Assembly: GCA_951812855.1 (NCBI GenBank)
Contig: OX638337.1
Coordinates: forward strand, 192,082-256,081
Reading direction: 5' to 3'
From: an uncultured Lentisphaeria bacterium
Lineage (GTDB): Bacteria > Verrucomicrobiota > Lentisphaeria > JABSQK01 > JAJFLO01
DNA length: 64,000 bases
The notes beneath the pieces were generated by a model, which was not told the DNA's origin, ran no database searches, and saw only the letters and a list, made by a program, of their open reading frames with translations. Position 1 is the stretch's first letter. Each line of letters begins with the position of its first letter. Both the position numbers and the translations under genes were made by a program. Shown here in pieces: positions 51,036-62,054 of the stretch.

Positions 51036-52033
51036 ATAATAATAAAAACACAGGCATAAAAATCACAGGTACAGGTCGATATTTACCGGATAAAATTTTA
51101 AGTAATCTGGACTTAGAAGCTATGGTCGATACCACTGACGAATGGATTCGGACCCGCACCGGAATTGAACAGAGACATATTGCCACTGACGATCAGCCAA
51201 CGTCATTTTTAGGTGCCGGAGCTGCAATGCAGGCACTGGAGGCTGCAAAATTAAATCCGGCAGAGATTGAACTCATTATTGTTGCAACTATCAGCCCCGA
51301 TAAAATATTCCCCAATACAGCATGCTTTGTCCAAAAAAAAATCGGGGCCAAAAATGCAGTTTGCTTTTCTGTAGAAGCAGCGTGTTCAGGGTTTGTATAT
51401 ATAATGGCAATAGGTTCGGCAATGATAGAATCTGGATTATTTAAAAATGCAATATTAATCGGTGCAGAAAAACTATCCTCAATAATCAACTGGAACGATC
51501 GCAGTACCTGCGTATTATTTGGAGACGGTGCCGGTGCCGTCGTTTTGGAAAGAACACTTTCGACTGAAGAAAACATGCATATTTATTCAAAATTGGGATC
51601 CGATGGAAATCACAGTGATATCCTTCACGTACCGGGAGGCGGGTCCTGCCAACCATTCTCGCAAACCGTATTAGATAAAAAGTTGCATTTTCTGGCAATG
51701 TCCGGCCAGGAGGTTTTTAAGCTGGCAGTAACGACTATGGCAGCGGCAGCAAAAGAAACCCTTGAAAAAAGCGGTATTTCAATCGATGATATTAAATGGC
51801 TGATCCCTCACCAGGCGAATACCCGTATTATTACTGCAGTGGCGAAACGATTAAATATTGATGAGAAAAAAGTATATGTCAATTTAGCCAACTATGGAAA
51901 TACATCAGGTGCAACCATTCCAATTGCTCTGGATGAACTTGTCAGAGGCGGATTAATCAATAAAGGAGATTATTTATTATTTGTTGCATTTGGTGGCGGC
52001 TTAACCTGGGGTGCGAATTTAATTCGGTGGTAA
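51029..52033 (+). CDS. fabH: Beta-ketoacyl-ACP synthase III
   Basis: Active-site Cys region AACSGFVY, His/Asn region. 334 aa. Confidence 0.9.
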   Translation: MLNNNKNTGIKITGTGRYLPDKILSNLDLEAMVDTTDEWIRTRTGIEQRHIATDDQPTSFLGAGAAMQALEAAKLNPAEIELIIVATISPDKIFPNTACFVQKKIGAKNAVCFSVEAACSGFVYIMAIGSAMIESGLFKNAILIGAEKLSSIINWNDRSTCVLFGDGAGAVVLERTLSTEENMHIYSKLGSDGNHSDILHVPGGGSCQPFSQTVLDKKLHFLAMSGQEVFKLAVTTMAAAAKETLEKSGISIDDIKWLIPHQANTRIITAVAKRLNIDEKKVYVNLANYGNTSGATIPIALDELVRGGLINKGDYLLFVAFGGGLTWGANLIRW

Positions 52034-52074
52034 CGAATTTAAAAGAAACCATAACGGCGAAAGACAGTTAAATA

Positions 52075-52815
52075 ATGAAGTTAAACGATAAAATAGCGGT
52101 TGTAACAGGAGGGAACCGGGGTATTGGAAAAGCAATTAGCACTAAGTTAAGCAAAGAAGGTGCAGCGGTCATCATAATCAATACCAATCCTGAAAGTGCA
52201 AAATCTGTGTTGAATGAATTTAAGGAGAATGGTTTAACCATTTATAGCAAAACAGCTAACGTTGACAATGAAATTGAAATTAACACAGTTTTCGGTGATA
52301 TCTTATCAGAATATGGTAAAATTGATATTCTTGTGAATAATGCCGGAATAACACGGGACAATCTATTAATTCGAATGAAATCTGATGAATGGAATTCTGT
52401 TATCGACATCAATCTCAAGGGAACCTATAATTGTATCAAAGCCGTTTGTAAAACGATGATGAAAAAACGATATGGTAAAATCATAAATGTATCATCTGTC
52501 GTTGGATTGACAGGTAATGCAGGTCAGTCCAATTATTCCGCTTCAAAAGCAGGTATAATTGGCCTTTCTAAATCTGTTGCCAGAGAACTTGCATCCCGCA
52601 ATATTAATGTTAATGTCGTTGCACCCGGCTATATTCAGACCGAAATGACCGATGGTTTAAATGATAAAGAAAAGGACAGATTCCTGGCAAATATCCCGTT
52701 GAACAAACCCGGAACACCTGATGATGTTGCTGACTTAGTCTGTTTCTTAGCTTCAGATGATGCAAATTATATTACCGGACAAACATTTAATGTTGATGGG
52801 GGAATGGTAATGTAA
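52075..52815 (+). CDS. fabG: 3-oxoacyl-ACP reductase
   Basis: SDR family: TGGNRGIGKAI, NNAG, YSASKAG. Confidence 0.9.
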   Translation: MKLNDKIAVVTGGNRGIGKAISTKLSKEGAAVIIINTNPESAKSVLNEFKENGLTIYSKTANVDNEIEINTVFGDILSEYGKIDILVNNAGITRDNLLIRMKSDEWNSVIDINLKGTYNCIKAVCKTMMKKRYGKIINVSSVVGLTGNAGQSNYSASKAGIIGLSKSVARELASRNINVNVVAPGYIQTEMTDGLNDKEKDRFLANIPLNKPGTPDDVADLVCFLASDDANYITGQTFNVDGGMVM

Positions 52816-53007
52816 CGATTGTTATTTTAAGGCAGTTACAGTTATGAAATTTTTTTAAGTATATCGCGAACAGTTTAGGACGTATTATGATGCTGGACAG
52901 GACCGTTAATACTTTTGATTTTCGCTTATTTGACTTTAAGAAATCACAAATCATATTATTTTGATAATTTTATTTTTAACCGTGTAATCAATTTAAGGAG
53001 ACTTTTA

Positions 53008-53244
53008 ATGGCTACGACAGCTGATCGCGTAAAAGACATTGTTGTTGAACAACTTGGAGTAAATCCAGATCAGGTATCCCCAGATGCGAAGTTTGTTGAT
53101 GATTTAGGTGCTGATTCCCTGGATACCGTTGAATTAATCATGGCACTTGAGGAAGCATTTGGCACTGAAATTGACGATGAAGATGCAGAAAAATTGCAAA
53201 CCGTAGACGATGTCATTAAATACATTGAAAGCAACAAAGAGTAA
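53008..53244 (+). CDS. acpP: Acyl carrier protein
   Basis: [21 protein letters not shown] with the phosphopantetheine Ser. The start was trimmed from the track's 52915 to the ATG at 53008, which follows an AAGGAG RBS. Confidence 0.9.
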   Translation: MATTADRVKDIVVEQLGVNPDQVSPDAKFVDDLGADSLDTVELIMALEEAFGTEIDDEDAEKLQTVDDVIKYIESNKE

Positions 53245-53337
53245 ATAACCGAATCATTTTCTTATTGCACACGTAGTGATTCCATATCTTTTACTTAGAA
53301 CAATCATTGTGTTTGCTTTTAAAAGGCAGTCCCCTTC

Positions 53338-54582
53338 TTGAACAAAAATCGTATAGTCATAACGGGTATCGGCTCTGTCACCAGCGTCGGTAATACTGTT
53401 CCCGAAACTTGGGCTGGTTTACTATCCGGGAAGAGTGGAATTGATTTAATCTCACGATTTGATACATCCGGCTTTTCCGTTAAAATCGCAGCCGAGGTCA
53501 AAAATTTTGACCCGACCCAGATCATTTCTTCAAAAGAAGCAAGACGGCTGGATCCGTTTTGCCACTATGCTCTTGCAGCATCTCATGAAGCAATTGTTCA
53601 CTCCGGCCTTGAAATTGATAAACTGGATTTAACCCGAGTCGGAACCCTTATCGGAAGCGGAATAGGTGGTATTGCTACTTTAGAAAACCAGGTTTTGAAG
53701 TTATCTGCAGAGGGGCCATCAAGAGTATCTCCATTTTTAGTCCCGATGATGATAGGAGATATGGCGTCAGGTGCAGTTTCAATAAAATATGGTTTCAAAG
53801 GTCCTAATTTTGGAGTTGTCTCTGCATGTGCTACTGGAACTCACACAATTGGGGAAGCATTTCATATTTTAAAAAGAGGTCATGCAGATGTCGTTGTCAC
53901 AGGTGGATCCGAAGCCTGCGTAACACCAATAAGCCTGGCGGGTTTTTCTGCCATGAAAGCATTGTCGGTACAAAATCAAAACCCGGCACAAGCCAGTCGA
54001 CCGTTTGATGCCCAAAGAAGTGGATTCGTGCTCGGAGAGGGTGCCGGAGTAATAGTTTTAGAAACGTTAGACCACGCCACTCGGCGAAATGCTGACATTC
54101 TTGCAGAAATTATAGGATATGCGGCATCTGCTGACGCCTATCATATTACATCACCTGATCCTGAGAATAGAGGTGCGATTCAAGCATTGAAAATTGTTAT
54201 GGAAGAATCTAATTTAAACCCGAATAATATTGACTATATCAATGCACATGGAACTGGAACGTTATTAAACGACAGAAATGAGACAAATGCAATAAAAAAG
54301 GTTTTAGGGGATACCGCATACTCGATTCCAGTAACGAGTACAAAATCATTAACCGGCCACGCATTAGGGGCTGCAGGTGCAATTGAGTCGATAATTTGTA
54401 TAAAATCAATTTGCGATAACATTATACCCGGCACCTATAATTATGAAAACAAGGATCCCGAGTGCGATCTTGATTATGTACCGAATAAATCATTAAATAA
54501 AGACGTAAACATTGCACTTAATTTAAATTTTGGATTTGGTGGTCATAATGCAGTGATTGCATTGAAACACTATGAAAATTAA
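53338..54582 (+). CDS. fabF: Beta-ketoacyl-ACP synthase II
   Basis: KAS II core with active-site Cys (VVSACATGTH) and the His/His regions. 414 aa. TTG start. Confidence 0.9.
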   Translation: MNKNRIVITGIGSVTSVGNTVPETWAGLLSGKSGIDLISRFDTSGFSVKIAAEVKNFDPTQIISSKEARRLDPFCHYALAASHEAIVHSGLEIDKLDLTRVGTLIGSGIGGIATLENQVLKLSAEGPSRVSPFLVPMMIGDMASGAVSIKYGFKGPNFGVVSACATGTHTIGEAFHILKRGHADVVVTGGSEACVTPISLAGFSAMKALSVQNQNPAQASRPFDAQRSGFVLGEGAGVIVLETLDHATRRNADILAEIIGYAASADAYHITSPDPENRGAIQALKIVMEESNLNPNNIDYINAHGTGTLLNDRNETNAIKKVLGDTAYSIPVTSTKSLTGHALGAAGAIESIICIKSICDNIIPGTYNYENKDPECDLDYVPNKSLNKDVNIALNLNFGFGGHNAVIALKHYEN

Positions 54583-55255
54583 ACAAAAAATTTCAAATGA
54601 TGCATTTTTTTGTTTATTATTTACGGTCATAATTGTTACGTCAGTAACAGGTTGCTATTCTCTTATAAAAATCAAACCGCTGCCGGAGTTATCCCGTGAT
54701 CCTTTAATGAGTCAGGAGAAATTATGGGGCAGCATTATTCGTGAGAGTTATCCAAAATGGAAAAGGCCTGTGATTACCCGACACCAATTTCCAGGTAATC
54801 AGAATAGTTCAGTTTCAAAAAAATCAGAGGCTGCACCCAAAACACAGAAATTTTCTGATCACCAGAGCAACCTCCAACCACAAGAAATTTATTCTAATGA
54901 TATTATTCCAGAGGTCAACGATGAATCTCAACCAGTCATCGGACGTAAAATCAGGAGTAAACGATCGACAATTCAATCACGTCTGCCTGATGCCATTATG
55001 GATATAAATCCTAAAAAAGAATTCCCAACATCACCTTCGACAACTGAGGGATACCGAATTGTATCCGATGACAATTCATCTGGTAATCACCAAAATTATA
55101 CTACCTACAGAGTAAAAAAAGGTGAAACCCTATATAAAATTGCCCGAAAAATCTATGGCGACGAATCTGCCTGGAAACATATTTTCAATGCAAATAAAGC
55201 GATCATGAAAAATCCAAATGACCTGAAACCGGGGATTTATATCAAAATTCCCTAA
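54572..55255 (+). CDS. LysM domain lipoprotein
   Basis: Signal peptide with VTGC lipobox. C-terminal LysM (YRVKKGETLYKIARKIYGD...KPGIYIKIP). Confidence 0.65.
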   Translation: MKIKQKISNDAFFCLLFTVIIVTSVTGCYSLIKIKPLPELSRDPLMSQEKLWGSIIRESYPKWKRPVITRHQFPGNQNSSVSKKSEAAPKTQKFSDHQSNLQPQEIYSNDIIPEVNDESQPVIGRKIRSKRSTIQSRLPDAIMDINPKKEFPTSPSTTEGYRIVSDDNSSGNHQNYTTYRVKKGETLYKIARKIYGDESAWKHIFNANKAIMKNPNDLKPGIYIKIP

Positions 55256-55292
55256 AGCTGGCTTTTATATTGGCTTACAGAGACTTGTTATC

Positions 55293-57713
55293 ATGGGCAA
55301 ACTAGAAAATTTATTTATATCTTTCAAAGGAATGTGGAGCAAAAAACCGCCACTGAGTGCTCGCAAGACGCATCCGCAAAAACCGCCTTCAGATGTCAAC
55401 CCGACAAGCCGCTTCACAATAGTCCTGGCATCTATCACATCAATCCTGATCATCTGGGGAGCGTATGCGATCAATATCTTGTATCAAACTCCTACGACAG
55501 CAACTGAAACTGATGATTTTATTGTTGGGCAAAAGGTCCCTGCGGATATTTATGCACAGGTAACGTTTGACTACAATGATTCTGCTCAAACAGACATTAA
55601 ACGGCAGCAGGAAGCAAGTAAAATATTAGATATTTATAGATTTGATGATGCCGTAAATGATATTGTTCACCAAAATTTTATAGAACTGTTCAGAATCGTT
55701 AATGCACAATTGAGCAACGATAAAGGGAAAATTGGAACAGATGAAATAATTTCATCTGTATATATAAGAACATTATATGAATCATTGGGGAAAAATCAAA
55801 AAGACAGTTTGATTGCAATGTTTGGCAGTGCTGACAAACAAAAGTTTTTCCTCCAGAACCTGGACAAATTATCATTAGACGGAATCATTAGTAAAAAAGA
55901 TAACAGCCAACAATTCAGTCAACAGCGAATTTGTATCTTAGACTCCTTTTCCCGCAAGACCAAAACCAGATTTTCTTCTCTTAATACTCCAAAAACCTTA
56001 GCGGATGAAGTACTGACTTTATTTGTTGATCGGTTTAGCCTTACAAACCGGAATACGGTTGAAGACATTTCACAGAACGTCATTTCCAAATTAATTCGGC
56101 CTAATCTTAACTATGAAGAATTATTAACGAATAATGCAAGAGAAAAAGCCCGTAATGCAGTTCAACCTGAAAAGCAATGGGTATCTAAAGGGACTGTATT
56201 TCTTCAAAAAGGAAGTGTTGTAACTGAAAAAGATATTTCAAAACTCTCAGCTCACAACACTGCAATAAAGGCAAGCATTGACAGTACGCAGTACCTGCTT
56301 AAAGTTATATCATCACTTGCACTTGGCCTCATTTGCATACTGGCAATTGCAATGTATATCTATATCATTAATCCTGCCTTTTGCATATCACGGTCAAAAA
56401 TCATCCTGGTATCAATCATCATTGCATTAAATATTGTGCTTATTCGACTTGTAGAGGAACTGATTCCAATGCTGATGAGCGGTTCAAGAGTACTCATTAA
56501 TCCAGCACTGCCAATCGCATTTTCTGCACTGTTTGCAGGTATATTATTTGGTAAACGACTTGGTATGACAATCGGCGTGTTCATGTCGCTTATTACAAGT
56601 TTGACTGTTGCAGATTCAATTCATATTTTTATTTTAGGAATCATCACTTCATTTTGCGGGACACTTGCAATTTATTCAGCTCGTACTCGTACCCAAACCT
56701 TCCGGGCTTCAATCGTAATGGCAATATCAATATTTTTAATAGAAAGTATTTATTTAACACTGAAATCAACCCCGTGGCCAAATTTCTTAATTATGCTTGG
56801 AATTGCGATTATCAGCGGATTCCTGATTGTTTTAATAATCAATTTATTACTTCCTCTGACCGAATATGTTATGGGTTTAACAACCAATATAAATTTGTTG
56901 GAACTAAGTGATTTAAATCACCCGATTCTTAAGCGGTTACAAATGGAAGCACCGGGGACTTATCATCATACCCTTATGGTTGCTACATTATCAGAGACTG
57001 CAGCAGAAGCGATCGGAGCCAATACGCTGCTGACTCGAGTTGCAACTTATTTTCATGATATCGGTAAACTGTCAAATCCATCCTATTTTACAGAAAACAG
57101 TTTCGGGGTGGATAGACACGAAGATTTGAGCCCGAGAATGAGTACAATGATCATTTTGAATCATGTTAAAGAGGGTTTGGCATTAGCAGCAAAATATCGA
57201 TTAAAAAAACCAATACGAGATGTAATTGCATCGCATCATGGAACAAGTCTGGTTTATTATTTTTATCACCGTGCAGTTACAGGAAGCAAAAAAATAGAAG
57301 AAGGAACGACACCAGAGGGAGATTTTCGCTATGCCGGCCCGTTACCCAAGAGTAAGGAAGCCTCAATTATTAGCTTAGCTGATTCCTGTGAAGCTGCATC
57401 ACGTACATTGAAAAAACAGACACCTCAGAAAATTACGTCTCTGATTAAAGAAATATTTCGCAACAAAATTGTAGATGGACAGCTCGATGAAAGTGAACTT
57501 ACAGTTGCGGAAATTAAGATCGTAGAATCGTCAATTATCAAGTCTCTTAACACCATGCTTCACAGCAGAATCAGTTATCCGAAAGTCGCCGAAAATGAAG
57601 GTAATAGTGAACAATTGTCAAAAGACTTATTCTCTGAAAAAAAGAAAAAAATTAAAGGAGATAATACAAAGGACAGCCAATCTAAGCAATCTAAGCCGGT
57701 TGTTGCTTCCTGA
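55293..57713 (+). CDS. 7TM receptor with intracellular HD hydrolase (YqfF-like HDIG membrane protein)
   Basis: Seven-TM block followed by an HD domain (HHTLMVATL...HDIGKL). 806 aa. Upstream of ybeY, as in the phoH-yqfF-ybeY arrangement. Confidence 0.8.
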   Translation: MGKLENLFISFKGMWSKKPPLSARKTHPQKPPSDVNPTSRFTIVLASITSILIIWGAYAINILYQTPTTATETDDFIVGQKVPADIYAQVTFDYNDSAQTDIKRQQEASKILDIYRFDDAVNDIVHQNFIELFRIVNAQLSNDKGKIGTDEIISSVYIRTLYESLGKNQKDSLIAMFGSADKQKFFLQNLDKLSLDGIISKKDNSQQFSQQRICILDSFSRKTKTRFSSLNTPKTLADEVLTLFVDRFSLTNRNTVEDISQNVISKLIRPNLNYEELLTNNAREKARNAVQPEKQWVSKGTVFLQKGSVVTEKDISKLSAHNTAIKASIDSTQYLLKVISSLALGLICILAIAMYIYIINPAFCISRSKIILVSIIIALNIVLIRLVEELIPMLMSGSRVLINPALPIAFSALFAGILFGKRLGMTIGVFMSLITSLTVADSIHIFILGIITSFCGTLAIYSARTRTQTFRASIVMAISIFLIESIYLTLKSTPWPNFLIMLGIAIISGFLIVLIINLLLPLTEYVMGLTTNINLLELSDLNHPILKRLQMEAPGTYHHTLMVATLSETAAEAIGANTLLTRVATYFHDIGKLSNPSYFTENSFGVDRHEDLSPRMSTMIILNHVKEGLALAAKYRLKKPIRDVIASHHGTSLVYYFYHRAVTGSKKIEEGTTPEGDFRYAGPLPKSKEASIISLADSCEAASRTLKKQTPQKITSLIKEIFRNKIVDGQLDESELTVAEIKIVESSIIKSLNTMLHSRISYPKVAENEGNSEQLSKDLFSEKKKKIKGDNTKDSQSKQSKPVVAS

Positions 57714-58101
57714 TGATGGATTATCCATAATTTTTGTAGACGAGATTACCATCGCCAAACTTAATGCGGACTATTTGAATCACAACGGTCCTACAGACGT
57801 TATAACCTTTGATTATTTAAGTGAAAAGGTTTTTCCAGACACAGGTAATGATGATAGAACCATTGGAGAGATATACATTTGTTGTGATATGGCTGAAAAT
57901 GTTGCAAAACAGCATAATCATGGAATTTCAACTGAAATCGTGCTTTATATCGTTCATGGCATGTTACATCTATGTGGATATGACGATGTAAAAGAAACAG
58001 ATATAAATAAGATGCGTTCAAAAGAAAAGGAAATTTTATCAATCTTAAATGATAATTTTGAGTTAAATGATCTTTTTGATTTAAACGCAACCGGCGTGTA
58101 A
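57595..58101 (+). CDS. ybeY: rRNA maturation RNase YbeY
   Basis: HGMLHLCGYDD zinc-binding motif. PTDVITFDY. The ATG at 57595 overlaps the upstream gene by 119 nt. A shorter start is not supported by the alignment. Confidence 0.8.
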   Translation: MKVIVNNCQKTYSLKKRKKLKEIIQRTANLSNLSRLLLPDDGLSIIFVDEITIAKLNADYLNHNGPTDVITFDYLSEKVFPDTGNDDRTIGEIYICCDMAENVAKQHNHGISTEIVLYIVHGMLHLCGYDDVKETDINKMRSKEKEILSILNDNFELNDLFDLNATGV

Positions 58102-58396
58102 GGTGAAATCCAAGGATCAATGTATACTGGAATTACCCCGGCATTTTTGCATGATCAGGCTGGGAGACAGGCCAATTGGCAAAAAGCAGGGTTGCTTTCA
58201 CAACGTATTATCAGTGACGTATGTTGAAATAGTTGTTTTCGTGCTGAAATGACTAAATTGAAGTAAAGTCAGGATAAGCAAGATACACTTTCATCTCTTT
58301 TATACACTGACTTATATCTGAATTTTAATAATGTTCCAGAATTTGTTCAGGAATATAGAAACCGCAATTTAATATGGAGGGAAAAGACATTTTTAT

Positions 58397-59722
58397 ATGG
58401 AGATTGACTATTTACTCTACTTTTTTTTGATTTTTATAAATTTATTTATTGCCACCTGGTTAACCGGATTAATGACTGCATTATTTGAACTTAGCTGGGC
58501 AAAAATTAAAAAATTAGATCCAATTAAACGCCAAAAATTAATTGACCGCTTTACCCACGTACTTGAAAATCGGAATAATTATCGAATTTTAATCCGATCG
58601 CTTGCCCTGATAAATCTCGCAGTCTTATCTATTGTCGTATATCGATTAAGTAACGTATTGTTCTTTCAATACACAAACCTGTATACCGAGATATTCAGTG
58701 GCGTACTTGCTGTAATAATTTTTATTTTAATTACTGAAATTTTAGGGAATGGATGGCTATGTTCTTTTGAATGGTCATTGCTGTCAATATCAACACCAGT
58801 TCTAAGAATAATGACCCTGGTATTTAAACCCGTCATTTGTTTGATCGTAAATTTTCAGAACCGAATAAACAAATATAGTAAAAATGACGGTTATGACGAA
58901 AAAGCAACAACCGCAGACGAGATAATTTCTCTGGTAGAAAACGATGCACATCAAAAACCTGAACTCAGTACCCTTGAAGACAGCGAAAGACAAATGATAC
59001 GCGGCATATTTGATCTGGAGGAGACTCTCGTCAAGGAAATTATGACACCCAGGGTAGATATTGATGCCTTAAAAATTGATTCGGCCATTAACACTGTTAA
59101 ATCAAAAATTATTAAAACAGGTCATAGTAGAATCCCCATATATCGAGACCGTATCGATGAAATTATTGGATTCATTTATGCCAAAGATCTTCTCGATGAA
59201 AAACGAGTGAAAGGCACTCATAATTTAGAAGAGCTGTTACATCCACCTGTATTTGTTCCGGAGACAAAAAATGTCAGTGATTTATTAGAAGAATTTAAAG
59301 AAACCAAAAATCACATTGCTGTTATTATAGATGAATACGGGGGAACCGCAGGAATCGTCACATTTGAAGATATTTTAGAGGAAATTGTTGGAGAAATTCA
59401 AGATGAATATGATTTTGAGGACAGTCATTCTAACTATACAATGAAAGATAATGGCAGTTTAGTAGCTGATGCACGCATGCCGATTGATGAAATTAATGAG
59501 TTACTCAATATTAGAATTTCAGAAGAAAGAGATTTTGATACAATTGGTGGATATGTTATAAGTGAACTTGGACGAATCCCGCGTATTGGTGAAGAAGTAA
59601 CTCTACATGATCTAACGGCAAATATTATCTCTGCTGACGCAAGAAAAATCAGTACGTTGATGTTAAAAAAATTAGATAATCAAATTGAAGAAAAATTAGA
59701 CGTTCATCAAAGCGATTTTTAG
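58397..59722 (+). CDS. HlyC/CorC family transporter (DUF21-CBS-CorC_HlyC)
   Basis: N-terminal DUF21 TM domain, tandem CBS, C-terminal CorC_HlyC. 441 aa. Confidence 0.85.
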   Translation: MEIDYLLYFFLIFINLFIATWLTGLMTALFELSWAKIKKLDPIKRQKLIDRFTHVLENRNNYRILIRSLALINLAVLSIVVYRLSNVLFFQYTNLYTEIFSGVLAVIIFILITEILGNGWLCSFEWSLLSISTPVLRIMTLVFKPVICLIVNFQNRINKYSKNDGYDEKATTADEIISLVENDAHQKPELSTLEDSERQMIRGIFDLEETLVKEIMTPRVDIDALKIDSAINTVKSKIIKTGHSRIPIYRDRIDEIIGFIYAKDLLDEKRVKGTHNLEELLHPPVFVPETKNVSDLLEEFKETKNHIAVIIDEYGGTAGIVTFEDILEEIVGEIQDEYDFEDSHSNYTMKDNGSLVADARMPIDEINELLNIRISEERDFDTIGGYVISELGRIPRIGEEVTLHDLTANIISADARKISTLMLKKLDNQIEEKLDVHQSDF

Positions 59723-59828
59723 ATAGTATTTGCATAACCTCATCGAAATCCGTATCAATTCCAGCAGTTTAACATAGTATTATAATGTCGAACGAATTGA
59801 TATTACATATTAGCGAACATGATAAAAA

Positions 59829-61244
59829 ATGACCGGCGATTCCGAACTTTTAAATAAATTATTTTCGTTGATTCATGATTATATTAAGACAATTCGAGAT
59901 GACAAGTCATTAATTACTCATTATAAGACTCCGGAAGCACTCCCGTCCATGTTCGACCCAAGTGTCGATGGGCAAGGTATAACATCAGATAAATTCTTAT
60001 CCCTGCTCGAAGTATATCTTTCAAACAGTGTAAAAACTGGTCACAAATACTTTTGCAATCAACTCTTCGGCGGATTTAATATTGTCCCGTTTGTTGCTGA
60101 AATAATCACATCTCTAACCAGTACATCGATGTATACCTATGAGGTCGCCCCTATTGCAACACTGATGGAAATGGAATTGATCAAAAAAATGAATCAAATT
60201 ATTGGTTTTAGAACGGGAAACGGTCAATTTGTCTCCGGAGGCAGCAGTGCCAATTTAGTCGCTGCTCTATGTGCTCGCAATAAAAAATTCCCTGATCTTA
60301 AATACAAGGGAATCCACGGTAAATCAGCACTGACCATGTTTGTTTCAGATCAAGCACATTACTCTCTGAATAAGGTGGCAAACCTGATCGGCATCGGTTC
60401 AAATAATTTGATTAAGATTCCATCGGATCATAATGGATGCATGATTGTGGATGAATTAGAAGCCGCATTGATTGCGTCTGAAAAAAAAGGGGATTCCCCA
60501 TTCTTAGTTGTCGCAACAGCGGGAACAACAGTTCTCGGTGCATTTGACCCCATTGAACCCATTTCTGTAATTGCAAGAAACCATAATAATGTGTGGCTCC
60601 ATGTTGACGGAGCATTTGGCGGATCGGTGGCATTAAGCAAATTACATTCTCACCTGCTTGCGGGAATTCATTTAGCTGATTCATTAACCTGGGATCCCCA
60701 TAAAATGATGAGCATTCCGCTTATCTGTTCGGTTTTACTGGTAAAAGATAATAATATTTTAAATAATGCATGTGCATGTGATAACGATGAATATCTATTT
60801 CATGATCATGAATTCAAAGATTATGATCTCGGTAAATCGTCAATCCAATGCGGGCGTCGAGCTGATGTGTTAAAATTATGGTTTTCATGGAAATTTTTCG
60901 GAGATTCCGGATACGAAGATCGAATCAATAAACTTTTCAAACTTACTGAATATGCACAAGCTGTTGTTAAAAAATCTGCCCGATTAGAATTAGTTGCAAC
61001 TCCACAGTCAGTGACTATTTGTTTCCGATATATTCCAGACAGAGACACGAACATAGATCAATTGAATCTAATGCTGCGTGATCAGTTGATGAAAACAGGT
61101 AAGATAATGATAAATTATTCCTATTACAAAGATCAGGTTACCATTCGATTAGTTGTAATTAATCCTGATTTAGAAACGGAAGATATCGATTATATTTTTG
61201 ATGAAATAATCAGTGCAGGTAAGCGAGCTGAAATTAAGTTATGA
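59829..61244 (+). CDS. PLP-dependent group II amino-acid decarboxylase family protein
   Basis: SGGSSANLVAALCAR, HVDGAFGG, lysine region WDPHKMM. Confidence 0.8.
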   Translation: MTGDSELLNKLFSLIHDYIKTIRDDKSLITHYKTPEALPSMFDPSVDGQGITSDKFLSLLEVYLSNSVKTGHKYFCNQLFGGFNIVPFVAEIITSLTSTSMYTYEVAPIATLMEMELIKKMNQIIGFRTGNGQFVSGGSSANLVAALCARNKKFPDLKYKGIHGKSALTMFVSDQAHYSLNKVANLIGIGSNNLIKIPSDHNGCMIVDELEAALIASEKKGDSPFLVVATAGTTVLGAFDPIEPISVIARNHNNVWLHVDGAFGGSVALSKLHSHLLAGIHLADSLTWDPHKMMSIPLICSVLLVKDNNILNNACACDNDEYLFHDHEFKDYDLGKSSIQCGRRADVLKLWFSWKFFGDSGYEDRINKLFKLTEYAQAVVKKSARLELVATPQSVTICFRYIPDRDTNIDQLNLMLRDQLMKTGKIMINYSYYKDQVTIRLVVINPDLETEDIDYIFDEIISAGKRAEIKL

Positions 61245-62054
61245 AATCTATGGGATTTGGATATCAATATTCGGACACATCTTTCTGATATCTGATTTCG
61301 AGCTGTTGTCTGGCTAAATCAAAATTCCCTGTAGAACTGTATAGACAGGCAATTCCGGTATTGGCTTCAATTGATTCAGGATCAACAGCAGGCGATTTGC
61401 TTCTTTTGGCAGGTCAAACATTTCTTTTGAAACAAACTCCAAAAGCCAATAGAAGGTCAGTCATAATAAATCATAGGGAATTAAAAATATATTAAAAAAA
61501 GATATCAATTTATAGCAAATGATTTACCTGAGGATCAAGAATAGAAACTGTAATTGAAAAACAGGTTTTCAATGTTGCAATAAAATGTTAGGTTTATTAA
61601 ATAATTTGGTTTAGCGTTTTATCTCAAGCTTTGACAAGAACTCATTAATTAGCTATTTTATAGATATTAACATAAAGAAATGCTGTATTAGAATAATTAT
61701 AGAAAAGATTGAATATAATTTTTAACCGGTAACATATCTAAAATGACTAAAGAATTTATATCATTAGTCAAATTAATTCATATCGCTTCAGCTTCATAAT
61801 AATAATGCTCGGCATGATTTCGATTGTCTTCATTATCTAAGCTCTGAATTTGAAAAATTCTTCAAGGTTTCAGACCGTATTCAGTTCGCTTAGTAAAAGT
61901 ATATAATTACAATAAGAGCCGGATAAAACACCTTTTTGATTCATATAACTGATTATTAACAATACTGTTTCCTCTGCCTTATAACCAATGCAGTTATTTC
62001 TCCAATTAAACACGTCACTCAAGACTCACACGACTAACAAAAGGTGTTGCCGGT

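Noticed and set aside
44369-51186. Many 60-100 aa track ORFs nested inside or antisense to long genes (for example 46121..46455, 46507..46725, 50504..50761, 50896..51186)
   Set aside because: They overlap well-supported long CDSs (M16 peptidase, plsX, fabH), lack start context and have no recognisable families. They are typical six-frame noise.
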